From positions 143,716,001-143,780,000 of the forward strand of contig OX597816.1 of the NCBI GenBank assembly GCA_951406725.2: a stretch of DNA of 64,000 bases. The letters are read 5' to 3'. Below the pieces are notes generated by a model. The model worked only from the letters and a program-made list of their open reading frames with translations, did no database searches and was not told the origin of the DNA. The first letter of the stretch is position 1, and each line of letters begins with the position of its first letter. Shown one piece after another: positions 36,230 to 49,731 of this stretch. Both the position numbers and the translations under genes were made by a program. The stretch comes from Octopus vulgaris. Lineage: Eukaryota.

Positions 36230-37830
36230 ATAACTCAAACCCCACTTCAAGCCCAAACCAGAAAAGAGAGGAGGTGTCAACAAGAAAATCAAAACTAGTG
36301 GTCTGCATCAAAACGAAGTGAAAATAAACTTCCAGGCAGGCTACAGGCAAAACTTGATCAATCCAACTGCCCCACAGATCCCTCTCAGGAACAACTGAAA
36401 ATTGCCATCTTACAGACTTCTGCAGAAATCTTTGGGTTTACGAAGAAAAAGAACACGGATTGGTTCGACGAAAACAAATATACTGATCCAGGAATTACTA
36501 AAGAAGAAGAGGTCTGTCAACCAAGCACACCTGGCACAACCATCCTGCCCAGAGAAGAAAGCCGTGTTTCGCCAAGCAGCGTGAAGTTCAGAATGAGTGG
36601 TGAACTAACCTCGCACAGAGAACCCAGCTGTGCGCTGACACTGGCGAGTACGGGGTGTTCTACGAAGTTCTCAAGGCAGTTTCTGGCCCAGCACATCAAG
36701 TATGGAGTCCCCTAGCTTAGACGGTCAAGTGCTTCTCACAGACACAGCATCCATCCTCAACCGCTGGTATAAATACTTTCAGGCCCTTCTCAGTACAAAC
36801 CGAGTTGTCCAGAAAAACGCAATCCTTCACATCCAGCAGCAGCCAGTCAGAATGGAACTAGATGAGCCTCCTACCCTAGAAAAGACCACAGTTGCCATAG
36901 GCCGGCTGAAGAATAGAAAGGCAACAGGAGTCGATGGCATACTACCAGAAATATGGAAGTATGGGGGTTCTGTCCTATATGCTAAACTCCAAGAGCTCCT
37001 CACTGCATGTTGAGGATAGGGCAAGCTGCCACGAAATCCCTGCGATGCTGTCATCATTACACTGTACAAAAACAAAGGGGAAAACATCAGACTGCTAAAA
37101 CTACCGGGAGATCACCCTGCTTTCCACCGCAGGAAAAGGTTACTCCATCGCCGAAAATCATGTCCCAGAAAGCCAACAGGGGCACAACAGATATGGTTTC
37201 CGTTCTCAGGCAGCTCCAAGAAACGTTCCAGGAGCAAAATAAAGCACTTTATGCCACACTTGTCGATCTAACAAAAGTTTTCGACACTATGAGCAGGAAA
37301 GGCAGATCCTAAACCGACTCGGATGTTCCCCCCAAATTCCTAACATGATCATCCAGCTTCACGGAGAAGAATAAGGATAAGTCCGCTTGAACGACGACAT
37401 ATTAGAGCCATGTCCTGGTACCAATTCTCTTCAGCATCTTTTTCAGCATGATGCCCAAGTAGGCCACTGCAGACCTCGGCAATGAAGACGGTGTTTACGT
37501 CAGGTACCGTCGGTATGGCAGCCTTTTCAACCTCTGGTACCTACAGGCCCACACCAAGACCCAAGAGCAACTGATCCAGGACCCCCGCTTTGCAGATGAT
37601 GCCGCACTTGTCGCACACAGGGAAAGAGACCTGCAACGCATCACGTCCTGCTCTGCAGAGGCCGCCCAGCTCTTCGGGCTGGAAGTAAGCTTGAAAAAGA
37701 CTGAAGTCCTACATCAACCAGCTCCTCAGGAAGATTACAGCCCACTCCGTAACACCATTGCCGAAACAAAACTGAAGTCGGTACAACAGTTCACTTATAT
37801 TGGATGCACCATCTCATCAAATGCGAGTTT
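36230..37830 (+). mobile_element. RTE-clade LINE relic (reverse transcriptase)
   Basis: LDEPPTLE...LKNRKATGVDGILPEIWKYGG, RGTTDMVSVLRQLQE...LYATLVDLTKVFDTMSR, FADDAAL, KKTEVLHQP, FTYIGCTIS; many stops and frameshifts. Confidence 0.9.
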
Positions 37831-38481
37831 GACCCCACCCATACCTTTTCTATATCAACTTTCTCTATCATTTCACCCCTACGCACATATCCCACACTTA
37901 TTCACTCCTTACCTCCTCATCTCTTCCTATCTCTCCCCCACTCCTCTCCCATCCTGCCCTCACATTATCTTGACCACCAACCAACACTCATTTTCTCATT
38001 TCTTTCACCCTTTCTTCATATTTTCACTCTTTTTCTCACTCTTTTCACTTTTGTCTCTCTCCTTTTTGTCTCTCTTTCTTCCTATCATTTTCTCTTCCTG
38101 TTTTCATTTTGAACTATCCTTTCATTCTAATCATACACATCTCCACCACCCCCATCTATCCACAAATACATTCTCAAATTTTCATTCACACCACAAGACC
38201 GTTTCGAATGAGTAACACAGAATCCACGACTCCACACTTCGAAATGATTAAATATGAACTACTATTGGAACTTACATACCATGTACAGAAGATTTTTTAA
38301 AACACTTTTATACACCACATTCCTCGAATAATGGAACTGAAACTACAATATCTTTATATATTTTATATTTTATTTCTACTTTCTTTCTCTTATTCCCCTC
38401 TATATTCCCTATCTCCTCCTTTTCCATAATAATTCTTTTTTTCGATCTCAAATATTTACCTTTATTTAACCGTCCCACATC

Positions 38482-38529
38482 GTCTCTGATGAAGGGATAT
38501 CCATAATATCCCAGAAACAGCTGTAAGAC
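38482..38529 (+). ncRNA. Compact type I hammerhead ribozyme
   Basis: GTCT-CTGATGA-A-GGGATAT-ccata-ATATCCC-A-GAAA-CAGCTG-TA-AGAC; ~75 bp upstream of a (TA)n tract. Confidence 0.8.
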
Positions 38530-38631
38530 TATATCTATATCCTTTTCCTTATAAATATCCTGAAAACTCTTCACAAGCTTACCTTTGTTATCTCATTTTG
38601 TCTAATATATATATATATATATATATGCATG

Positions 38632-38692
<61 letters not shown>

Positions 38693-39325
38693 TACTAATA
38701 CAAGACCCACATAAGATTCCTCACTCGTATCCGTTTATGCCCCATGAATCACCGGTTCAGTAATTAAAGATTGATAAAATAAATATCAAGTTGAAAAGTT
38801 ACCGGGATTAGTATGATTGACTAAATTATTAAAGGTAGTGCTCAAGGATGACCGCAGTCTCATAGTTTAAAATGAACAGCAAGGAATAAAAGAATAAAAG
38901 TATGTAAATGAACATGCATTAATTTTATTGTTTCATTCAGTGGATTGTGTTAGGCTGTGTGGCACCGCTGTTAAGAATATAGTCGGTTACATTGACTCGG
39001 TAGAGATCTGGTACTTCTTTTATTGATCTTGAAGGGTGAAAGCAAAACTTATTTGTAGAGGTAGTGGAGCATTGAATGTAAAAGAACTTAATTATTTGCT
39101 ATAAAGTATTTTGACCAACGTTCTATATCTCTTTGTGTGTGTGCGTGTGTTGAGTGTCTGTCTGTCTGTCTCTCTGTCTGTCTGTGTCTCTCTACATACG
39201 CGCGCGCAAACACATGCACACACACAGACACTCAGACACAGACACACACAGTGGCACAGACACATACACACACACACATACTTGATATCATTTCTATTCT
39301 GTGTTGAGTCAGACCTTTTTGCATG

Positions 39326-39608
39326 TACGAGGGGTGTATGAAAAGTTTTGAGCCTCAGCCTAAAAAAAAATTAAAAAGACATGGTACACGACTTTTTATG
39401 AAGGTACAAGACTTGTACCTCCATCTTGTACCTGAGACTTCAAGGCTCAAACGCCTTGAAGGCTCAAACGCCTTGAAGGCTCAAACGCCTTGAAGGCTCA
39501 AACGCCTTGAAGGCTCAAACGCCTTGAAGGCTCAAACGCCTTGAAGGCTCAAACGCCTTGAAGGCTCAAACGCCTTGAAGGCTCAAAACTTTTCATATAC
39601 CCCTTGTA
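39326..39608. mobile_element. Mariner-type MITE with an internal 17-bp minisatellite
   Basis: TIRs TACGAGGGGTGTATGAAAAGTTTTGAGCCT / AGGCTCAAAACTTTTCATATACCCCTTGTA with TA ends. AAGGCTCAAACGCCTTG x8 at 39442-39577. Confidence 0.85.
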
Positions 39609-39869
39609 AACATATATACTTTTTTGTATTTAATTGCTTATCCATATATACTAGCATGTTTATATTTTCTTTTTTCTGGTTTGATCACCCACGCCATTGG
39701 GAGGTCATCTGAGACCGCTGTTGTTCATATTTTTTATCTATAATTGCACGATAACGTTACAACAAAAAAAAGAAAAACATATGTAGGCGGTGTATATGTG
39801 TGTCTAGGACGGTGAATTTAAGTGAATTGACTAAGTATAATATTTCGTTCAGAATTAAGGAGTGGAGAA

Positions 39870-40830
39870 AATATGGGCGAAGTAAAGAGGGGAGGCGATT
39901 GTGTCGAGTAGACTAAGTTGAAGTGGAACAGGATCAAGTTAATCCAGGTTAGTAGTGGTTGTAGACGTGATAAGAAACACGTATGCGGGTCTGAGATTGG
40001 AGTCCTTAGTGATTTCATGCCAATCAATCAGATTCTTACCTGATTATCTTATTTTATTAAGTCTAGGGTATTTGTATGTGTCATAGCAGCACTGTCCTAA
40101 TTATAGGAGCAGTACTCCGTTGTGGGTCCCAAATGAGCTTAGTATAGGATTTGGGAATTTTGGGGTGCTGAGGTATTTTCTGGCCCTGAAAGGAAATTTA
40201 GTCTTCGTGATTCAGTCATGTTAAATGCATTCTCTGCTATGCTAAAGGTACGATATCAACGGGAAGAATCTTTAGATATGGGAAGGCAATTGTTGGGACT
40301 CAGAGGGTTGCAGTGATGTGCAGTTTGTGTATTGGGTAGGTAAGATACAAGACTGTCTTGATACGCAGTTAAAGAGATACGGTCCCGTTAAGCGGGTTTG
40401 TTTTTCATGACCTTTGTCCGTTGACTCAATGCAAGTTTGATGTGATGTGTGCAGATTGTATCTGGGCGTCACATACGTACAGCGTATTGGGGAGAAGTGA
40501 GGAGTGGTATCCTTATATTGGAGCTTTATTTTAAATACATAACGGTTTAGCAGCCGGTACTTCATTGTCCAAAAATCTTTACTCACTATATGCTCTTGAC
40601 AACCAGAAATCGCATCCTGAAAAGACGAAAGCTTCACCTTAAAGCAGTCCATACGTCAATGCAGTATTTCTTCCTGTCCGTTGAAAGTTCACTTGTTCAA
40701 CCATGCTGTTGTTTAGCTTCAGATCATCCACCAAAGGGCAGACGTTGATCAAAGCGTTACTGTTTTGGTTATTCCATTTTTGTTTCAGACACTGAATATC
40801 TGTAATGACATTATTCAATATGCTCAATTG
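39870..40830 (-). mobile_element. Highly decayed APE-type LINE fragment
   Basis: Minus-strand remnants resembling xYKAxxxPxxEYCS near 40100-40150; weak. Confidence 0.35.
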
Positions 40831-41315
40831 TAAAGGCAGCAGAATGTTATCTAAAGGCGATTATGCTGCTATTTCCATCATGTGGAAAGACCAACAAGAG
40901 GCTTGTTCGTTCGCGCGTCGTTGCTCGCGCTATTGCTAAAAAATTGTTGCTCGTATTGTTGTTGTTTTTCTACTGGTCAGTCTTAAATGAGTAGACTTAT
41001 GATTATTCAAATATAGTATATCTAGGATTACTTTATTCCGTATGTTCCTTCACGATACCGCAGAATGTAATTTGATGGGAATCCAGCTGCTTATTACTAA
41101 CAAGTCGAGTCTCCCTTCTCCACTATCTAGTTTACTCTAAATAAATCAAATTATAGAAGTTTAATCTTTGTCAGCTATATCGAGCTCGCCAGTCAGCGAG
41201 ATCCTGAGAATGGTAAGGACATTGCTACCTCTTGAGACTAATTTACGCATACATACACACGGATTGAGACCTACCTACCTACCTACCTACCTACCTACCT
41301 ATAAATATATTCATC

Positions 41316-41367
<52 letters not shown>

Positions 41368-41949
41368 TATAATTATTTATATAGATGTATACGTATATGA
41401 GTAGTATTCCTTTCTAGATCAATGTCTTTCCAGCTTCATATTTTTTTTCTTACAGACGTCAACCAATGAAACTGCAAACTCACCATCATCCGCTTCGATC
41501 TTCCCAGTGTGTTTATTGACGTTGTTGCATCAGCCTCTTATGATTAATTATTTTACAAAAGAAAGTATATAAATTATCCAGCTGTTTGAAACTGTCTCTA
41601 AAAATAGAAATTAACATCAAATCGGAATATGGGTTTCAGCTTTCAGAGTCAAGGTCCTCTTGATTTCCGTAGACTTGCAATATCCTTGAAAGATCCGGGA
41701 ATTTTGAAACGTTCAAAAATATATTTCAATACATATAGAGTAAAGAAAAATATTCAAATTGAACTTCACCGACACTGAAGGCTTTACAAGAATAACGAGA
41801 ACAGACCCCCTCCCTTTGCTAATTAACGTATATAAACTCTCTCTCTCCCCTCTCTCTCCTCTCTCTCTTCTCTCTCTCCCACTCTCTCTCTCTTTCTCTC
41901 TTTCTCTCTTTCTCTCTCTCTCTCTTTCTCTCTTTCTCTCTCTCTCTTT

Positions 41950-41991
<42 letters not shown>

Positions 41992-42059
41992 TATACACAT
42001 CTCTAGATACATTACATCTTAACGAATAACGACTATGCAAATTGCAGTGTTAAGATTGG

Positions 42060-42930
42060 TTTAAAATATTGAAACAAGGCCAGCAAGTTCGGGGGAGATG
42101 GTATGTTGATTATAATTCCCCCAATACTTGTCTGGTACTTATTTTATCGGCCCCGAAATGTTGAAAGCAAAGTTGACCTCAGCTGAATTTGAACTCAGAA
42201 CTGGAAGACAGACGAAATACCCCTTAAGCATTTTGTCCTGCGTGATATCGATTCTTATTTCTTTACTGCCCACAAGGGGATACACACAGAGGGGACAAAC
42301 AAGGACAGACAAACGGATTAAGTCGATTATATCGATCCCAGTGCTTAACTGGTACTTATTTAATCAACCCAGGAAAGGATGAATGGCAAAGGCGACCTCG
42401 GCGGAAATTAAACTCTGAACGTAGCGGCAGACGAAATCTGCGTGATATCGATTCTGTCAGCTCGTCGCCTTAAGTGCAAATCTGATATTCAATGTTCCAA
42501 TTATTAGAAGTTCGGCATCGGTTGATATAAGAATCATTAGGTAACCAAACTAAATGCTATGCAAGGTTTAGTTAAATCAGTATACGTTCAGAGTTCAAAT
42601 CCTCACCAAAACGATTTTGCTATTTATCCTTCGGGAATGGATAAAATACCAGTAAATTATTAGGTTCTCGTTCTATTTGATTGTTTCCGTTCCCCCCAAA
42701 ATGAATTTGCCTTATGACCATATAGAACTAGCTATTATTATTACCATAAAACTATTATATTTATAGTTAGACTTAATATTATTCTTTTTTTTTCCTGCTC
42801 AAAGCACAAGGCCCGAAATTTTTGGGGAGGGGCCGGTCGATTAGATCGACTCCGGCACGCAACTGGTACTTAATTTATCGACCCCGAAAGGATGAAAGGC
42901 AAAATCGACCTCGGCGGAATTTGAACTTAT
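42060..42930 (-). mobile_element. Cluster of SINE family B copies (composite 42060-42470; 42800-42930)
   Basis: Reverse-complement core CTGGTACTT...ATCGACCCCGAAAGGATGAAAGGC and ATTTGAACTC. Confidence 0.75.
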
Positions 42931-43029
42931 GATTATTACGAGATGTATCAACTGAGTAGTGGAGAAAATGCCTTACGGTGTTTAGTTCAGTCCATTTTTG
43001 TTCAAATTCTGACTTTGATATCAAATGTT

Positions 43030-43511
<482 letters not shown>

Positions 43512-44254
43512 AGTCAACAGAAATATCTTTACGTGATCCACAGAGATTATGACATTATAAAGAACCATTATCTGTATTATTTCACCATCGAATATCATGG
43601 AGAAAATTTAAATTTGGGATAATTCCAAGTTAAAATTATTTAAGAAACAAAGGGCTGCAGTTTTAATTCCTAACACTCACGTACACAAACAGACATTAAC
43701 TTACAAAACACACACACGTTGATTTACATATACCCGCATGCGCATAACCACACACACACAGTTACATACAAATACTGACTGACTCACTTATCCCACCATA
43801 CATACACGCACGTGCATACACGATAGCCTTACTATCTCCATGTTCTCCGATTCACATTGCATCATTTAAAGCTTGTCTAATACGCTGGAGATATGGAGAT
43901 GGATCAATCTTGCTGAGAATTTAATCCACCAAACGTCTAGAGCTGTATTGTAATCTTTAATATGATGTCTACTCGACAACAATAATAACAGCCTTACAAT
44001 ATTCCTTCAACTTAATCACAAATTTATGGCTTGAAAGACTCAATCGCAAAGAGTAGATGAATATCAATGTGTATATAATTGTGTTCTTACACCAGTGTTC
44101 AAACACCTGGCTGTATACAGCTAGCCAATAAGTGATGCACTGTTTTAACTATATATATATACATTTCAGGTACAGTCTTATATCTCAGATACATGGTAAA
44201 TTTATCACGCTTTCTATCTTTCACCGTCCATATTTGTGCATGTGTGTGTGTGTG

Positions 44255-44303
<49 letters not shown>

Positions 44304-44443
44304 AGCTACGCTGGCGCCAAAAGTTTCTTATATAATACTTATCGAATATGAATCTTGAGATGGCAAGGCATTTTCAGTAAAAAAAGATATCTCTCTCTCT
44401 CACTCATATATACATATACATACATACATATATACATACATAC

Positions 44444-44501
<58 letters not shown>

Positions 44502-44850
44502 CGCAGAATCTATTGAATACTCTACTTGCGTTTGAGAATGTACTCAATGTACTCACGCAGGTTTGGAATTACAAACGGGAAACAAGAATACTCATTATTA
44601 TATACATATACTTAAGCTCATGAAGGCGCATACAGCTGTCTTTACTGTTGTTGAATGCTCGAAATGATGCGTAGATAGACAGCCGACAACTGATGAAGAG
44701 TCTTTTCTCTGTGTTAACTTGTCCTGTTTTCCATTTTTTCTCGTTGTCTACGCATTTCTCTCGCTTTTCCCTCGTTTGTTTACGTATTTCATGTTATTTG
44801 CACCGTTGGTGACGTCCTGTAGTCATATATATATATATATATATATATAT

Positions 44851-45314
44851 AACTCTATTCCTTGGAGCGTAGGCGAGAAAGATATGCCATAATATACATC
44901 TGGAAGATTCTGGAAGGACTTGTCCCAAACTTTGGCATCGAGAGTACACAAATGCCAGAACTGGGCGCCACTGCGTGGTGCCTAGGACTCCAAATTTGCC
45001 AGCAAAATGTAGGACAAGATACTGTGATAGCCTGGGCTTCCGAGGCCCACAGCTCTTCAATATCCTCCCGAAGAACCTAAGAGACCTGCATGGGGTGGAT
45101 GCAGATGTCTTTAAAATGAAACTGGATCTCTTCTTGTCAGGTATCCCAGATGAACCAACTTTACGGCAGGAGGTGCAGATGAGGGCAGCTGCATCGAACT
45201 CTCTCATGCACCAAATGGCAGTTGCTAAAAAGCATTCGTGAAGTAAAACCATGTAGCAACACCAAATGGCGGTGCCCCAGCATGGCCACAGCTCGTGAGC
45301 TGAAACTAGAATCA

Positions 45315-45318
<4 letters not shown>
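44851..45318 (+). mobile_element. 5'-truncated CR1-group LINE 3' end, same family as 3341-4206
   Basis: LERRRERYAIIYIWKILEGLVPNFGI, SLGFRGPQLFNILPKNLRDL...FKMKLDLFLSGIPDEP; flanked by (TA)n. Confidence 0.85.
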
Positions 45319-45355
<37 letters not shown>

Positions 45356-45378
45356 GTGTGTATGCATATATATATATG

Positions 45379-45412
<34 letters not shown>

Positions 45413-45699
45413 TGTATGTATGTATGTATGTATGTATATATATATGATTGTGTGTGTATGTATGTGTGTGGGGTGCTTCTGATATGTAAATCATGTGTGA
45501 ATATTTGCCTATCTCACTGTGCATACATAATTGTTCATTACCAAGTGTTGAGTCCAGTGTTGTAGTATTGGATTTCCTGATTTTGATATTCGGCTGAAAC
45601 CTACTTATAAAGCTCATTTAATTTATACCTGAAACAAAGGAATGACTCAGAGAAAAGCGTCAGTATCATAACTCCCGTTTCTGAATTCTATGTCTTCTG

Positions 45700-45954
45700 G
45701 ATGGTCTGAGCAAAATTTAGCAAAATTTGATGCAATATCTCACCCCGATGCGTTCGGTGATAACGAACATCCGACGTACGTCCATTACACGTCTGTGCTG
45801 TAGGCATAACCGCCGGGAACTGACCGGCCTACCGGCGCGAAAATTGTCATTCCTGTGCAAGAAAGGTGGCGTTACTTTCCACTTAAAAGTTCTTGCCCAC
45901 ACAACGTTAGTTTTGGCGGGAAAAAATTTGGATACTTTTTGAACTTACCTCATA
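45700..45954. mobile_element. Probable mariner-type non-autonomous relic
   Basis: TIR-like end GGATACTTTTTGAACTTACCTCATA; partner TIR not found. Confidence 0.35.
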
Positions 45955-46469
45955 CATTACAGTCATGCTGTCTTAGCAACCAATATAGCTATAGCTATTT
46001 GAAATTACTGATAACCTTCCCTTGTCTCTTATCACATACAGCTGTGGATATTTAATGCCATAAAATTTCTTAATGTCATTGTGTAACTGTTGACGTCTCC
46101 GTCTTTGTCTAGTGTGCCAAGGCCAACGGGAAGTCGACCTGGTGAAGCGTATCACTTTTCAGATTATAATCTGAAGAGTAGAACAAATAGACTGTTGTAG
46201 CCAGTATTCGAAACTAAATCTTACACCCAGTTTACAGGTAGATCACCATCGTAGTATGTTGCTTTACAACCAACTAGCAGAGACAGAGCCTCAAAGGAGT
46301 AGATTGAGCTGTTTGAAATATCAACGGAATCTCCAAGTCACTACTTCACCAAGACCGATTCCGGAGACAGGGTAGAAAAATGAGTCTAAAATCAACGAGC
46401 TAATGGTGATGCCCCAGTATAACCACAACTTCTTGTTTAAATCAATCAAAGAATGAAAGGATATAGGCA

Positions 46470-46562
<93 letters not shown>

Positions 46563-46563
<1 letters not shown>

Positions 46564-46872
46564 AGGATGGCACGTATGAATGACGAAGCCACCTTGAGCA
46601 TAATCCTATGAACCCGAAAAAATTTAAAACTGAGAGTTACTTACTTGCAAATAAATGTGTTAACATGTGACATTATTGACCGAGGTTACCGTGGTCTTTT
46701 CCGTAGGCTTTTCGTTCCACGGATTAACCTTGCCTGTTTCATCCTTTACACTTTACATCATTACATCATAACATTTCTAACCTACCCCACTTTTTCCTCT
46801 CCCCCCAAAGATAAGCTCTACTTTGTAGTTTGTCCCCTCTCTGTTCAGCCCTGTGTAGCTAATAAAGAAACA
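46563..46872 (+). mobile_element. 5'-truncated retroelement 3' end inserted in (TATC)n
   Basis: 310 bp with (TATC)n on both sides; 3' end GTTTGTCCCCTCTCTGTTCAGCCCTGTGTAGCTAATAAAGAAACATA is homologous to the SINE B tail. Confidence 0.65.
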
Positions 46873-46971
<99 letters not shown>

Positions 46972-47739
46972 ATATCTATCTATCTATCTATCTATCTACT
47001 TGACTAGCTACCTAGCTAGCTATGAAAGCTACGAGGAAGCTTTAAGGTGGTGCACCTCTACACATCTCTGAGAGCACTCCCCCTTATAGCTGAAGCTGCT
47101 GTCAGGCAAAGAAGTTGATTAAGAAATTCCTGTTCCCTTGTCATTATTTTAATTTCATATTACGCTCTGTACTGACCTAACGCTTTATTCTGAAGCATAT
47201 GTATATTGACTTTTAACATTAGGTTATTACTATCGCTTTGTCTAAGTGAAACATTAATATGTACATCTTGCCAAACAACCTCAGAGACTTGCGAGATGTA
47301 GATGTCGAGATCTTCAAAAGAAGCAAATTTCAGTCTGAAATCCCAGATAAGCCCATATCGCAGTAGGAGACACAAAGAAGAGTAGTTCCGTCCAACTCGC
47401 TAATTCACAAAAAAAAAAAACAATATCGAAAGGAGACTGAAACACACTGAAAGACAGTGCTCCAGCGTGACCACAGCCTGTGGCTGAAACCAGTAAAAGA
47501 TGACTGATTACACACATACAAACACACACATAATCACACAGACACACACAGACACACATACAGATACACAAACACACACACACCAACACACAAATGCACA
47601 TACACACACATACATATATAAGCGCTGATGCTTGTCTGTTTTAGACTCAATTCCCGATTCTGTCTCCAGATTCGGTCCTGGTGAAGGAAGAATTGGGCAG
47701 AGCTGCCCTTTGCACGTGTTGTTTCTCATACACATACAC

Positions 47740-48030
47740 CAGTGGTTCCCAAAGTGGGAAGTACCTCCCCTTTGGGGGCGGTGGAAAGTTCTTCTGTTGA
47801 AGAAAAGTGGGGTGATAATAGGATAGCCAAAAGGGAGCGATTGATGTAACAGCAACAAAATAATAGGTTGATTAGGTTACGTTTTATTTGTGAAATGCAG
47901 TTGATTTGAATTTGCTTCAGAAAGAGGTCTATGTTTGTGGTGGTAAGTTAGTGGAATTGGCTTAGGGGGCAATAAGAATGTGGCCTGAGTGCCATGGGGG
48001 CGGCAGCCTGAAAAAGTTTGGGAACCATTG
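47740..48030. mobile_element. hAT (Charlie-like) MITE
   Basis: TIR CAGTGGTTCCCAAA / TTTGGGAACCATTG; 8-bp flanks ACATACAC / GCATACAT (6 of 8 match). Confidence 0.8.
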
Positions 48031-48568
48031 GCATACATGAATATAAAGGATTAAAAGCTTTCTCTTAGTGATTTTCAAGGAAATTTGATTCAGATATTTC
48101 TCATTAGCAAACATATTATGATATCATAAGTTAGCCAATGTTACATAGCTCAGACTCTGCAACTTGTTCCACTATAGGAATTTTGCTTTGATTGGGGAAA
48201 ACCCAACACAAATACAATGAGATAGGAGAATTGAATATGTACCCTCCACCGTATGTATATGTATGCATGTATATCTATCTATATATATGTATGCAATAGA
48301 CACACATACACCCACCCACCCATACACACACCATATATAACGTTGTGGGTGTTTTACATATATGGGCATATGTTCTGCTGTGATAGGAAATTACCGGATA
48401 TAAAATTCAATACAAAATTTCAAGTTGGAGTATTGTCTTACACTTATATATTTATAAATGCATAAATACCTCTCACCCGACCACACACGCCCACACGTAC
48501 ATGTAAATGTTTTTTAAAGCCAAAACAATACTAGATTTAACAAATAATGTAAGTCGATGGTTTGTACG

Positions 48569-48618
<50 letters not shown>

Positions 48619-48886
48619 CAAACCCATACATATATTTATGCAAATATATATAAACATATATATACATATATACATATTTATATATACGCATATACATACA
48701 TATACATGCATATACATACATATATATGTATATATATACGTATATATAAGTATGTATATGCATACATATACACACATACATACTTATATATACGTATATA
48801 TACATACGAACACACATATACATATACACATACACGAGCATGTTCACACGCATTCATTATCTAGATAGATAGATAGATAGACAGAC

Positions 48887-48957
<71 letters not shown>

Positions 48958-49269
48958 GGGGTCTCCCGTCATTAGAAATGGATGACGGTTCCGTAATTAC
49001 TTGCCGAACAACCTCACATAAAAGCGATCAAATGTTTGTATTGCTCATGTGTTAACCCCTTCCATCGAATCGAAATTGCTTCTACAGCTGCACAAGTGTA
49101 CCACGCATCAGAGATCGGAATGATTGCAGAGCAACTTGAAATGATGTGTTTTGCTGAAGGACACAACACACTGCCTGGTTTCGGAATCGTGAGCGCAACA
49201 CCATAACCTCTAGGCTATACGCCTTCACACACACACGCGCACGCATAATATATAGTGTGTGTATATGTT

Positions 49270-49467
49270 TGTGTGTCCCCCAACATCGCCTGACAACCGA
49301 TGCTGGTGTGTTTATGTCCCCGTCACTTAGCGGTTCGGCAAAAGAGACCGATAGAATAAGTACTGGGCTTACAAACAATAAGTCCCGGGGTCGATTTGTT
49401 CGACTAAAGACGGTGCTCCAGCATGGCCGCAGTCAAATGACTGAAACAAATAAAAGAGTAAAAGAGT
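49270..49467 (+). mobile_element. SINE family A, 3' half
   Basis: Matches 425-625. Confidence 0.8.
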
Positions 49468-49624
49468 ATATATATATATTTGTTTTAATTAATTGCATCT
49501 TATTTTTTATTCTATTTATTTTTATTTAAACAAGAATATATTTGTTAAGATATTTCGTATTTTACAAGATTATTTACGTATATTTATTAATTTATCTAAT
49601 TAATTATTTTATTGTTTTTATCTT

Positions 49625-49731
49625 TAACCTGAAGAGTGGCTACATATATATTGAACTGATTTTACTACTACTACTACTATTATTATTACTATTATCATTT
49701 CTTAAATATAGCTACGAAACACGTGTCGTTA
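49625..49731 (+). ncRNA. Type I hammerhead ribozyme with a microsatellite-expanded loop II
   Basis: TAAC-CTGAAGA-GTGGCTA...(TAC/TAT)n...TAGCTAC-GAAA-CACGTG-TC-GTTA. Confidence 0.8.

Noticed and set aside
39442-39587. CRISPR-like array
   Set aside because: Contiguous identical 17-mers with no spacers, inside a eukaryotic MITE.
44612-44705. Hammerhead candidates (CTCATGA...GAAA...GTA; CTGATGA at 44690)
   Set aside because: Stems I and III cannot be formed convincingly.
46165-46225. CTGAAGA...GAAA hammerhead candidate (similar weak cases at ~35678+, ~57570-, ~63580-)
   Set aside because: Missing or poorly paired helices; compatible with chance.
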